A stretch of 64,000 bases of DNA from the human T2T-CHM13v2.0 reference genome, Homo sapiens: assembly GCF_009914755.1 (NCBI RefSeq), contig NC_060943.1. One strand, written 5' to 3'. Position 1 is the first letter of the stretch; every line of letters begins with the position of its first letter. Made by a program: the position numbers and the translations under genes. The notes below the pieces were generated by a model. The model was not told where the DNA came from. It was given only the letters and a program-made list of their open reading frames with translations, and did not search any database. Shown here piece by piece: positions 1 through 13,841 of the stretch.

Positions 1-178
1 TGGAAGTCCCACTGAGAGGCACTGCTCTTTCTCAGAAGAGAAGACTATTCTCCTTTCTCTTTCTTTTGCCTATTAAACCACTGCTCCTAAACCATCTTCT
101 TGTGTGTCCATGCACTGATTTCCTTGGCATTAGATGACGAACCTCGGGTCTTTACCCCACACAGGTGATGCCACTTCA
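1..178 (+). mobile_element. 3' end of an ERV LTR (probably ERV1 class), cut by window edge
   Basis: ATTAAA poly(A)-type signal at ~72, U5-like sequence ending ...GATGCCACTTCA; family not resolved. Confidence 0.45.
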
Positions 179-232
179 GTATGTTAAAACTCATTAATTT
201 ATTAGTTAAAATTGCTTTATTAATAAATATAG

Positions 233-526
<294 letters not shown>

Positions 527-682
527 AAAATATAGCACATTTTAAAGACCACTGATGCACAGTGCAAAAACTGCCATATATGAATATGACATCAAATTAT
601 ACTTCCAGTAACAGTGTTAGGAAAGGTCTTGTTACCCTACACTAACTATTTATGAATAGTTTAATGGAATATGCTGTTTTAA

Positions 683-1039
<357 letters not shown>

Positions 1040-2550
1040 ACATCTCATTATTTTAATATGAATTTTAGTAACTATTAGGTAACTTGTTTTTATATATGTT
1101 TAGTGTACTACTTTTTGAATTGCCTAGTCATGGCTTCTGCTTATTTTGCTATTAAATTATTTAACTTTTTACTGATTTATATAAGCTTTTGCTATCCACA
1201 TTATAGTAATAAGTTGTCTAAAATTATTTTACATGTATCTTCATTCAGCTCCCAGAGTCCATCTTCAATGCTTTTGATAGAAAAGGAGTTCCTCCCTTCT
1301 AAAGATGTCTACTCTTAGTTTAAATATGTACCAATTAGTAATACACAATTAGGGAAGTTTAAACACTGTCTAATTAAATTTGATTTGGGGAAAATAAATG
1401 TTCTCACCTTTCCATTTTTATTTAACCATGTGTAAGAAGGCAGCCTATACATTCTGGGGTAAAAAGTCTCTTTTTAAAAAGAGAAAATGTATTCTATCAA
1501 AGAGGGTACCAAATTCCAAGTTTGCACTGCACTTTGCTGAACACCTTGTATTTTTTCAAGCTTAAACTTTCTAAAAGGTTAGCAGTATTCTCTGTGAAAC
1601 ACAGAGCTGCTCACATTGCAGCCCTGCTCCAAAACATTTGGTGGTTCATAACAGCCTGCAAAGCTGAGCCCCCATCCATGTTTCTAAGGCCAACATCTCT
1701 TAACATCCCAAATCTATACGACACTCCCAAAGTATATTCTTTTGTCAAACTCCACTTCTTGTCCTACCCTGTCCTTAAATAAGCCTCATATTTTTATACT
1801 TCATGTCCTGTACTTAAACTGCTTTTTTGCCTAGATGTACATTTTTCTTTTCCCACATTCTTCTTCTCCACATGGAAAACGTGCACATTTGTGAGTATCA
1901 CCTTTACTCTCTACTGCAACTTCTCACTTGCCAGTTCTCCACTTGTTCTTGCTGGTTGTAAGGCACTGATGAATTTTAGAACTGGAACCATATTATATCC
2001 ATCTTTGCAGTTCTAGAGCCTGGTATCAGGTGTAGGTGTCAAGAAATGGTTCCCAATGGAAGCTTGCTGATAGTGATCTTCAACAGATGAGACAAGAAAG
2101 GAGCCAGAATGCTGATTTACTAATCCAGATTACTTTCCACTATTGTTTTGCTGAAACTCTCCAATGTCATGAGAAAAATAACAATGATAATAATAATACT
2201 AGTAGCAAATACAGAAGATAAGTCAGTTAAAATTGAGCTGGTAGCATGCATAACTTCAATTCTGTATTTATTACTGGTTTCAAAATATTCCTTATCCACA
2301 AATTGGAAGAAACAGGAAACAGACCCTCAAGTGTCTTTCACAATGCAAGACCTGCCAATTTCATAACTTGCTCAGCCACCCTCATAAAAGAAACTAGGCA
2401 CACTGGTGACCCCATCTCACACACACTCAAAGGAGACAGAAGGTCTTCCTCTCACTGTCCTCCAGTACATGTGGCTCCTCCTTCTTAAAAAGCAAAACAA
2501 CAAAGAAATAATACCTCCCAGAGGGTATGACACTTGAACTTGGACAAGTG

Positions 2551-2848
2551 TTTTTTTTTTTGTTGTTTTTTTTTAAGATGGAATCTCGCTCTGTTGCCCA
2601 GGCTGGAGTGCAGTGGTGGGATCTTGGCTCACTGCAAGGTTCGCCCACGCCAATTCTCCTGCCTTAGCCTCCCGAGTAGCTGGGACTACAGGCGCCTGCC
2701 ATAACGCCTGGCTAATTTTTTAGTATTTTTAGTAGAGACCAGGTTTCACCGTGTTAGCCAGGATGGTCTCGATCTCCTGACCTCGTGATCCACCTGCCTC
2801 AGCCTCCCAAAGTGCTGGGATTACAGACGTGAGCCACTGTGCCCGGCC
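2551..2848 (-). mobile_element. Alu (AluY-like)
   Basis: GTTAGCCAGGATGGTCTCGATCTCCTGACCTCGTGATCC and GGGACTACAGGCGCC diagnostics; absent from the paralog at ~40600. Confidence 0.93.
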
Positions 2849-3997
2849 TGATCTTCAAGTTTTTAGATTCGATTAGTAATCAAGTCAATTCAATTTTTGC
2901 CCTTACTTGGCTCATATCACATATTATGGACCTCTTAGGATCACTCTATGCAAATTCTGAGGCAAAACCTTGAGTTTCCATATTATGTAAAATAACAGTA
3001 ACCTGTTATGAAACAACAGTAGAGCTGTTCTTAAGGCATTGACCCTGCCCAAAGCACAACTTAATTTCCCAAACAGTTATGAGTTTAGTTTCAAAATCTC
3101 TTCAAAAATAGGCTTCATATGAGTCTTTGAACAGGGCTCAGCACTTTCAGTGAGGTTAAAAGTGGGTGTCCACAAGGAAGGTTTCAAGAGATAAGAAAGC
3201 CCCCCATTAATCACCACACAGAGGACTAGCAGAATCATAGAGTCCATGCCCACCCTTTTTCACTTCTAGAATATCTCCCACCATGTGAAAAACCACCTCT
3301 CTTCCACATGCTATCCTTTTCAATGAGAACATGGTAAACATTTCATCCTCAGCAGGATTTGTTCAGGGTTTCACTCTACTTTCCCACTGGGTCTCAGTCT
3401 GCCAGCTTTCTGCTTTAGTGTCTTTTTGAACTCCCCCTCTTTAAGGGCACAGAAATCCTCATCAGTCAGTTCATCTACTAATATGACCTCTGCAAGCCCC
3501 TCACTCTACAAAACACCATTCCTGACCATCACAGAAGGGAAGGTCTAACTTATGTGGTCAAATATTAGCTAAAATGTGTTGTTCAATAGGTAAGCTGTAA
3601 TTTAATTCTGGAAACCAGACCCCTGTCCTGGCACACTTACACTTTTTCCTTGGTGTGCCAATCTTTTCCCTTGATGTGCCTAATAGGGAGGACTCTGAAC
3701 ACAGGAGGTTTTCAGTTAGTATTTGTTTGGTGAATGGATCATGTCTCTATGGTAGGTAGTCTGGCATGGGTCAGGAGCACAGCCCTGGAGACAAACTTAA
3801 TAGTTTGAGTTCTAATAGCTGGCTGCCTCTCTGGGTCTTTATATCCTCATCTGAATCCTGAGGATAATAATTACATCTACACCTCTCTGTCGAAGAATTG
3901 TGATGAATGAAAAAGATGATGCATAAAGAAAAATTAGGATGCTGGTAGCTAGCTCTCAGTAATTGTTAGATCTGATGACATTTGCTCCTACTGCTAT

Positions 3998-4080
3998 CAA
4001 GCTGAGTGTGTTTCTATGTATAAAAGCTAACAACCAACAAGCTGAGTGTGTTTCTATGTATAAAAACTAACAACCAACAA
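3998..4080. repeat. 40-bp tandem duplication
   Basis: CAAGCTGAGTGTGTTTCTATGTATAAAA(G/A)CTAACAACCAA x2; single copy in the paralog (~41755-41795). Confidence 0.95.
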
Positions 4081-4480
4081 AGGGTGAAAATTAAAGTAAA
4101 ACTTGATTGTTAACTTGTCAGACTGGAGTCCTATGGATTAACAGGTCTAGCACAGGTAGAAGAGAAAGAAATACTTAACTTCTGGTTTATTTGATTTAAT
4201 GCAAATACAGGAAAACCTGGATAAGAAATGCTTTTCACCAAAGTTTGTCTGCAACTTGAATGCTGTAGGTTAAACTAATTTAAAAGTACTCTAGACAGAT
4301 TCATTTGTAATATAAGCATGTCATAGTTTCTGGTGTTTAGGACTGGATTTATGTTTATTTAGTTTTCTGAAGAGACACAAGAGACAGCCCAAGCTGCTAT
4401 CGGAATTCCTAGAGACAAGTTGGGCAAATGAGCCCTTACAAAATTCCATTTATGGTAAAGATAATAATGAAATAAATAAT

Positions 4481-4793
4481 TACTGAGACCAGCTCCATCA
4501 GCGAGACCCTAACCCAGCAGTGCTAGAGGAATTAAAGACACACTCACAGAAGGTGTGAAGTGGGAAATCGGGGTCTCACAGCCTTCAGAGCTGAGAGCCT
4601 CGAACAGAGATTTACCCACATATTTATTAACAGCAAGCCAATCATTAGCATTGTTTCTATAGATATTAGATTAACTAAAAGTATCCCTTATGAGAAATGA
4701 AGGGATGGGTCAAAATAAAGAGATGGGTTGGGCTACGTATCTGCAGCAGGAGCATGTCCTTAAGGCACAGATTGCTCATGCTGTTGTTTGTGG
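4481..4793 (-). mobile_element. MER9 (HERV-K9/HML-3) solo LTR, 3' portion
   Basis: Reverse complement matches MER9 3' half (CCTTAAGGACATGCTCCTGCTGCAGAT...AATAAA...GCTGGGTTAGGGTCTC...GAGCTGGTCTC); TSD AATAAT at 4475-4480. Confidence 0.85.
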
Positions 4794-5301
4794 GTTTTTT
4801 TTTTAAGAGACAGAAAAATTTTATTAATGAGTATGCATACAAATAAACCTAGACAACCATGAAGAGTCCCTCACAGTTTCATGTATTCACAATATTATTT
4901 CATCTCTAAAGCCATCAGTGAACGACTAGTTCTGCTACTTGTTAAAGTTGTGCAAAAATTCTCAATTTAAACATACAGTCTTAATTATACCAGTGTTCTA
5001 ATGTCCCAAGACTGATTGTAGGTAATGGAATCTCAACAATATCTTAAATAATAATTTAAAAAACTCAATATGATCTACAAGACTAATATATTTAAAGGAA
5101 AATAATTCACATTCACTAAATTCCTCCCCTTTCTTCCTTCTTCCCTATTCTCCCTTTCACTTGCCAATTTTTTTCTACAGTATATGATGATGGCCAAATT
5201 ACCCAATATCAACTGTTTCAAAAAAGAAATGTTATTTTAGAAGATACCATACAGCAAGAGACTTATAGGTGTAACACCACTGAAATTATTTACTAAGCCC
5301 T

Positions 5302-5586
<285 letters not shown>

Positions 5587-6391
5587 TTATTTACCAAGCT
5601 GTGTTTTCATAGTGTTTTTTAATTCTCTGAACTGCTTCAGTATCTGCAGTGTTTTTTTTACATTTCAAAGACTTCCCACATGTAACATTTCATTGGAATT
5701 ACCACTTTACATCATAGTTGATATGGAAATTATTACATCTAACAGATGAAGAAAATGTAGACATAAAGAACCATTCGCTCTAATGTCATCCAGTGTAACT
5801 GCTAAGAGTTAGGATTAGACTCAAGTCCTATTCCTAATCCTGTATACTACCCTAAACTCCTAAGCCCCCATACATTGTACTTCACAGAATGCTACTAGTG
5901 ACTGTGCTCATGCATTCAAACAAGTTTTGGAAATGTTGTGTTAAGCAAAGCTAACCAGATTCCCAGAGTCTTTATTATGCATCATAAATCCCCAGGAAAG
6001 ATCCAGAGTATAGAGCAGGTGCCATAAAGTTAAAAGTCCCACAAGTTTCAAGCAGGTAACAAAGGTGAGCATGCAAGGGAAAGTAAGGACTTGGGGATTA
6101 GAGGATGCATCCCCATCTAGTGGAAGCCTGGTCACATAGCAATCCAGCCCAATCTTGCTGGGTCTTTCCAGAGAAGCTATAAATCTTGGCTTTAATTTCA
6201 AATCTCCAGTTTTGTGCGTATTGCCTCAAATTTAAGAAAAAAAGGCACTATAGTTTAAAACAAATAAAATTTTTGACCAGATCGGGCCAGCCACATTTGG
6301 GAAAACTGAAATACCATGTATCATAATCTCATTTGCCCACAGAATTTTCCTTCAAAGGACTTATACATTTCCTAGAATGATAACGGTGTTA

Positions 6392-6735
<344 letters not shown>

Positions 6736-6888
6736 TTACCCCAGACAACTATGGTATGGGTAGCTCTGAACCTCAACCATGAATTATTTCAGAGTTTTTT
6801 CAAACTGAAATTGAAATTAATGCCCAGCCTTAACTGTTCATGTAGAAATATTTCTTTTCTGACAAATCTAGCTCTTGCAAATCTATGC

Positions 6889-7009
6889 TTAGTAGAGACG
6901 GGGTTTCTCCATGTTGGTCAGGCTGTTCTCAAACTCCTGACCTCTAGTGATCCACCCGCCTCAGCCTTCCAAAGTGCTGGGATTAGAGCATAAGCCACCA
7001 TGCCTGGCT
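6889..7009 (-). mobile_element. Alu left-arm fragment
   Basis: TTAGTAGAGACGGGGTTTCTCCATGTTGGTCAGG...CCACCATGCCTGGCT. Confidence 0.85.
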
Positions 7010-7194
7010 GGCAAATATATACTTCTAAACAATTATGCTGCTTTAGTATAATTGTTTTTTATATATTTTTGTACTGATTAAAGATATCCTTACAATAAGT
7101 CTAATTGAATTATAAAAAAAAAATTACAGGAATTGACTAGATATGAGAAGGACACTTTGCCTTTCCAAAACAATTTTATCTTTCTTTTTTTTTC

Positions 7195-7329
7195 TTAAAA
7201 TTTTTTCTTAATAGAGATGGGGTCTTGCCAAGTTGCCCAGGCTGGTCTGAAATTTCTGGGCTCAAGCTATCTGCACACCTTGTCTTCCCAAAGTGCTGGG
7301 ATTACAGGCATGAGTCATGGCACTAGCCT
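7195..7329 (-). mobile_element. FLAM/AluJ monomer
   Basis: AGAGATGGGGTCTTGCCAAGTTGCCCAGGCTGGTCT...GGGCTCAAG. Confidence 0.8.
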
Positions 7330-7541
7330 CCAAATCAATTTTAAACATAAAAGTGGTTTGGAGACGATTTAGAATTTGGGTCAAAACTAGTGAGTTTCAA
7401 ACACTTATATCTGCAATGTAACTTATAAGTCAGAAAAGGCAGCCTTTTCCCTACCGCAGCCTTTTTTTTTCTCTCTTTTATTTCTGACCTTCTTGGTTCT
7501 AAAAATTTGTTCAGAAATCCTGATGGTTGTTTAAATGCTTA

Positions 7542-7872
<331 letters not shown>

Positions 7873-8597
7873 TAATGTATAAATATGTTGAATCACCTGG
7901 CAAATGATTTTCTTCCCCTGGTGTCTATGTGTTCCATACTATTGTAGCCTCTTTTAACTGGTAAAATAACTACCCCAATTCAGAGATCCAGTACTTAATG
8001 CATCACATTTCCAGAGTCGTGAGAAAACAGCTAAACCTGTTAGAGTGAATTATACTCACTTTGTTTCCCCATAGAGGAAATAAAACCCACGATTAGAAAC
8101 CTTTGGAAAACATAGGAAATGCAACATTTGGAAGTATATAGAAACAAGAGATAATCATGCAATGCTTCCAAATGAAGTCTCACATTGGATTTGCTGATTT
8201 TGGAGACAGATTCCCCTCTTCTGGACAGCTTTGATGGCCAAGATAGAAGTTCATTTGCTATGTTTCCAGGGACTATTCTCTTTGATGGATACAGGATTTA
8301 TGGGGTCTAAAGAGAACATACAATTCTAAAGTGTTCATGTTTGAGAGAAAACTCTGCAATGATCAGAAGGATTGAGCCAGTTTTAGCAAAACAAATTAGG
8401 ACTACATTAATGATGAGGTTGACTATACACAGTTTGGAGTGGGAGAGTTACTCTACCCAGTATCACTGACATGTTGGAATGCCAGATGAAACTGAAACAG
8501 AAAAATTGTCTTGGAGTCTAAAAGACATCTGATGTGCTGATACCTGTTCAGTCTTCTGCAGTCATGGGCGTAAACTCTCAAAGAGCACCACTGGGTC

Positions 8598-9626
8598 TTA
8601 GTCCGTGGCATAAACATTATTCTCAATGTAGATATTGTCTTCTGCTTGGACTTCCTTTTTAACTGCATTTTGCAAAGCTTTAGTTTGAAGACTGCTAAAT
8701 GAAACACTTAGTTGTTGAGTCTCCTCTTTGAAGAAATACTTTTTGGCAATGATGACACCCAAAAGAGCAAGAAGCACCAAGACAGAAATACAGACTCCAG
8801 CACAGATTCCTTTAGTGGTGTTGACCATCTGTGGACTATATGCTGGGGACAGTTGAGTTTGATTGTTATTCCAAAGGCCATCTGAAGACTCTGTCATGGT
8901 GTCATTCCCATCTGTTGTGAAAGAGTGCAATGGTGAGCTGGTGGGTTGTGTCCTTATTTCTCCCTGAAGTGTCATAGGGTGGGTTTCTGCTGGCTGAGGT
9001 GAAGATGGTGAAGTGGCTACTGATTGATGGTTCTGCGTGGGCAATGGCGTTGGAGGAACAAAGGTAGAGACCATTGTTGTCATTGGAACACTTGTTTTCA
9101 TTGAAATGCTCGTTGTTGTTGGAACAGTCTTTGTCGTTGGAACAGTTGTTGTCGTTGGAACGCTTGTTGTCATTGGAACAGTGATGCTCGTTCAAACAGT
9201 AGTGGCGGTTGGAACAGTTGTGACAATTGGTGTAGTCGTGACCCTGGGTGGCACAATCTCCAATGATAGAGTGATTTTCATGTCATTGAACCACCCACTG
9301 TGCTCAACATGGCAACAATATAAGCCACTGTCAGACACAGCTGTATTTTCTATAGTCAAAGGGACATCCCTTCTTGAAAGGTCCCCCAATACCTTATAGT
9401 GTGTGTCCTTCCGATAGGTGACGTGGGTTCCATTGGTCCAGACAATGCTATTTCAGCATGTGAATAAAGAACGTGCGCCTCTATTCCAGCACATGGATGT
9501 GACAGCTCCATTGTAGTGGCAGGGTAGCGTGATAGACGGACCTGCCATTCCACCAACCTTTACAGAACCAGCTACAGAATCTGCCAGATGTAGGATGAGG
9601 CTTAAGATGGCCACTTCAGGATACAT
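8598..9626 (-). pseudogene. HAVCR1P1: HAVCR1-derived CDS, disabled by two in-frame stops
   Basis: MYPEVAILSLILHLADSVAGSVKVGG...WFNDMKIT...TTVP mucin repeats...GVCISVLVLLALLGVIIAKKYFF...AEDNIYIENNVYATD; TGA at 9455-9453 (codon 58) and 9194-9192 (codon 145); no introns, no frameshift. Confidence 0.97.
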
Positions 9627-9688
9627 TATGGGATCAGCCAGTTAGTTAGAAGGCAGTTTTCCAGCTTCTTCTCCCTCCTCCTAGTCTC

Positions 9689-9882
9689 TGTTTGTGGACG
9701 GCTTTAAATGGTTTTCCACCCTGGGTGGGCCAGGTGTTCCTTGCCCTCATTCTGGTAAATGCACAACCTCCCAGCATGGGCATTATGGCCATCATGTACA
9801 TGTCACAGTGCTGCAAAGATTTTGTTTATGGCCAGTTTTGGGGCCAGTTTATGGCCAGATTTTGGGAGGCCTGTTCCCAACA
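9689..9882 (-). mobile_element. MER9 (HERV-K9/HML-3) solo LTR, 5' (U3) portion
   Basis: Minus strand TGTTGGGAACAGGCCTCCCAAAATCTGGCCATAAACTGGCCCCAAAACTGGCCATAAAC...; TSD AATAAT at 9883-9888 matches 4475-4480. Confidence 0.88.
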
Positions 9883-12612
9883 AATAATAATCTCTGAACA
9901 TAAGAATTTGACTAGTGTTAATCACTCCACTTCTCCAGTACACTGATACTTCTCCCTTTTTCTTAGCATAACACAAAACAGATACATGACTACACACCAT
10001 CTGCTCTCCAGTGCGGAACAGAGGAACAAAGGCATAAGCAAGCTTCAGAACACAGTCAGCCATGTTCACCACATCTATATCTAGCACTGCTTAAAACAAA
10101 GTCAATGAGAAACTGAGAAGATGAGTGACTACCCTATTTTCAGCACTTATTGTCACAAGAAAAGAAAACATGCCCACACACTGTCTCCTTCTAAGGCACA
10201 GCATCCACTTTCCTGAGGAAAAAGTAACTTTACAGCATATATCTCAATCTCACATTATTAGCAAGATGACACTGGCTTTGAGCACACAAAGAACAGGCAT
10301 ATTATAGACACTCTTAAGACACATCACATGGCCTGGCTTACCTGATACAATTTTTAATTTCTCTGAAGTAAACTCAAATTTCAAACATGTATTTCTTTAT
10401 TAACTTATTTCATTAATTTCCACAGGGACTTCACAGAAAGTATATTCAACTTTCATTCACTTAATCTTACCACAATAGATGGTGTAACATATCCAGAAGA
10501 CAGCCATATGTAAGACATGCTCATACCCCAAAGCATAGAAAACTTAACACAACAGGGCCTTGAGGAAGCAACACTATAACAGTGCAAATATACAAATATT
10601 TAAGAAAACCTACATCACCCAACAAAGAGCATGTATGGTCACCACTACCCAGCACTCTCCAAAATAAGTAGCTATGAATAGCTTATTCAAATTTGGCTTA
10701 TATATACTTGTCACCACAAATTGGTTCTGAACATACTGTTCCAATTTTGGATATTCACAACAAGGGTAATTATCTGGTAAGATATATTTATAATAACTTG
10801 TAATTAGATTCCTAAATGCACACATATACTTGTGTCACAGTGAGGTGAAAAAAACTCTGAGTTATTTGTAGAGTACCTTAAGATTTAAATTTCCAAAAAA
10901 CATTCTTAAGCTTAGTTTTACAAGTATTCCACCCAGCATCTCTTCAGCAAGCTATTTCAATTTTAAAAAGTGAGGACTAGGGAGGGCTTTTAAAAGTTTT
11001 ATTTCTTTCTGTTCAGTTTATCTTATCCCATACAGAAATGGAATAAAGTGTGATGTCTGTCCTAATGATATTTATGGTTGTGGTAATACAGAAATATCTA
11101 TGCTTCCAAGCAAGAAATGAAAAATTATGGTTTCCCCAAAATAGAGAAACCAGTGCTACCTGGGGCCCAAAGAGATGTTCAGGTTACATCTGTCAGAATT
11201 GATACCATGCAAGACAACCATCTTTGGAGAACAGTGGGGCTCACCTGAGATTTTGGTGAGTCATGTGGATGACATCAGAGACAAGCATTACACAAAATGA
11301 GCATCCCAATAAGACTTTCATGTGAGATTGTCTTAGAAGATGGTGGCCCAACTCACACAGAAGAGGACGGCTGTGCATCCAAGAGAGACTGATATTTTTT
11401 CTCAGGAGCAGAAATCTTAATGTAGGAGATGGCCACTCACTGAGTAGTTGAGGAATGCCCTGATGGAACTCTCTGGGGGTCAGATTTCACACTGTCTCCC
11501 TGAGTTGCATAAAGCACAGAACAGCATGCCTGCACTCCAGCTTCTAGCATGTACCAACTCAGCAGAAAACACATCACTGTCTATTTTGTTTCAAAAATGC
11601 TTTGCCATTTAAAAAAAGTTAATTAATATAGTAGAAACCCAAGAACTACCTAGGGGTAGGGAGCATGTCTGTCATCAGAAGTTTTTAAATGCTGGCTAGA
11701 CAAACACTCTGTGGAAATAAATTTCACTCTTTGTGAGAGGGGTAAAATAAATCTTTTTCTTGGGCACTGACAGATCTAGCCAAGATCCTAGTATACAGCA
11801 GATAAACAGCAACTTCTGTTTACTAAACTTTATTTTCACAGATTACTGGTGAAGCAAAATATTGATATAACTCTAAGACATGAAGGGTATCACAAGACCA
11901 CTCATGTTCTTTATGTGGTTTCAATTAAGAAATGAGGTGAAAAATCTGGCCATGAAATGAGTTTTGATGCTCCTAAGTAGCATCAGAACTGCTCTGATGT
12001 GCTTAAGCCATTGTGACAGTCCTAGCTTTGTTCCTACCCAAAGTCTCTTCTCATGAATCCTAGGCTTACTGGTCAAACAGATAAAGCATCCGTAAATCAA
12101 ACACAAACTTCAACGCTCTTAACATGTAGGTGTACATCTCATCTGAAAATCATTCAAAAGCTCAAGCCATCTACAAGAAATCTTTCCTTTGCATTTTAGT
12201 ATCAATAAAAGGAAAGAAGGAAAAGAATAGGAGAAAGCCATTTAATAATTTTCATAGGTAAAAATGTAACATTGGTTTCTCAGTTACATAAGTACTTTTC
12301 TTGCTTCATCCATGACATACATAATTTTTAACCAACTAAAACACATTACAAGTAGAGAAATAGCTAAAATCATGGAAAGCATACACATAACTCTTCAAAG
12401 AGTAGGAAACATTCCCTGTTCATATGCATTGCTTAATCCAGCATTCCAATCTCACTGAGGCACCAGCATCCACGCTGTTCTCTGAAGCATTCTTTTTCCT
12501 CCTGTCACCCATCCTTCAGATATTAGCTCAAATATCACTTCCATGGGTCACCTTCCTTAACCTGCATCCCGGCATCCTCCATTCCTCTCCCATACAAAAA
12601 GGCCAAACTTTA

Positions 12613-13005
12613 TGTTGGGGTGATCAGACCCAACACCACATCGTTGGGGTGACAAAGTCCGGGGGAGTCAAAGGATTGAGAAAAAGACAGAGAGAAAAAA
12701 GTGGGACACCAGGGGGCCATCATTATCATGGAGGCTGCAAAGGCACTGAGCTCTGGGAGCCCATGGTATTTTTTGGTAATCCAGCAAAGAAACAGGTGGT
12801 GAGAATGTGGGGGTCAAAAGAGCAGGCACATGATCTACAGCTGTGACGGTTTAGCATTTATATGGAACATGTTCTGCTACTTGAGATAATGGGAATAGGG
12901 GCCTAGGAAGGCTAGAAACAAGGAGCCAGCAAGTCTAGACACATTCCAGAGGACATTATGCAAGCCCTGTCTCAGTTTCCCTCCCAACACAGCTTTTTCC
13001 CAACA
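12613..13005 (-). mobile_element. 3' LTR (LTR14A/B-like)
   Basis: Direct repeat of 17283-17681; preceded on the minus strand by PPT AAAAAAGATAAGGGGGCA. Confidence 0.85.
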
Positions 13006-13841
13006 TGCCCCCTTATCTTTTTTGTAAAAGAGAAGGTATCATTATTACTAGCTATCATTATTACTAGCATAAAAAGTGCCCTCTTTTAATTGAGCAAGGC
13101 GATTGCAGGCTTTGCAGCCCTTAATTGATGGTGGGTGATCCAGCTTTATTTTTCTTAGCCTTTATTCAAACTGGAGTCGCTCTGGTTTGAATGCTTGCCA
13201 TATAGCTCCCCTTTCCCTTTTACATAAGGACCTTAACCCTAGGGGTTGCAGAAGGATGAAGGTCCATCTTCTGTAACTTCATGCTGAATAGAGGTGATGA
13301 TATTCCTGCCTAACTATTAGCATTTCTTGTATTCACGACAGAGAGGAGCTGAGTCAGAAAGCATTGGTCCATTAAGCGTCATGACTCTGGTCGGTCCTCG
13401 TTCCATCTTCTCATTCAGATTCGATTGTCTCATGGCTCATACTGGGGAAACCCGTTCCATGGTTGGTATCCATGTGTCCCTCCAGTCTCCCATTCCATGG
13501 TCGTACACATCTTGAGGGTGTCCACATGGTTTGTTCATCTCCTGCAAAAACAAAAGCATACCCTCACCCCCACGTTAGTAAATCTACTGAAACAGAAGCA
13601 AAAATTTTGTGGCTGTAGCCAGGAGGCCACTGATAATGAGAAACAGGCTTTTTCTGATTAACAGAAGGTATAGAGAAAGCAAATCGAGACTTTTCAAACC
13701 TTCAATTCTCACTGTACAGGTGGGTCCACTAGATGCTGTGGCTTATGATAGATCTTCAGATATTTGGTGGGCACCCACATAGGCACCTGATTGTCACCTG
13801 GAGAGACACAAGCAAATCCCCTTCCCCATAAAATTATCTTT
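13006..13841 (-). pseudogene. HML integrase C-terminus plus heavily deleted env remnant
   Basis: Minus strand encodes [31 protein letters not shown] (betaretroviral IN C-terminal motif WGRGFAC). Confidence 0.8.

Larger units (their letters stand above)
1536..4164 (+). repeat. Segmental duplication copy A (paralog at 39597-41882); contains MIR/L2-like relics
   Basis: Collinear direct match from GCTGAAC...CTTAAACTTTCTAAAA to AGGTCTAGCACAGGTAGAAGAG, ~88-92% identity by eye. Confidence 0.93.

Noticed and set aside
7462-7482. AATAAA plus A-tract as the 3' end of the retrocopy
   Set aside because: No matching TSD and the MER9 LTR does not resume here; the end at 4794-4825 satisfies both.
8902-9399. 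Overlapping ORFs 8902-9195 (-) and 9037-9399 (+)
   Set aside because: Alternative-frame and antisense readings of the mucin repeat.
8598-9626. Functional HAVCR1 gene
   Set aside because: Intronless, two premature stops, poly(A) and TSD: a processed pseudogene.
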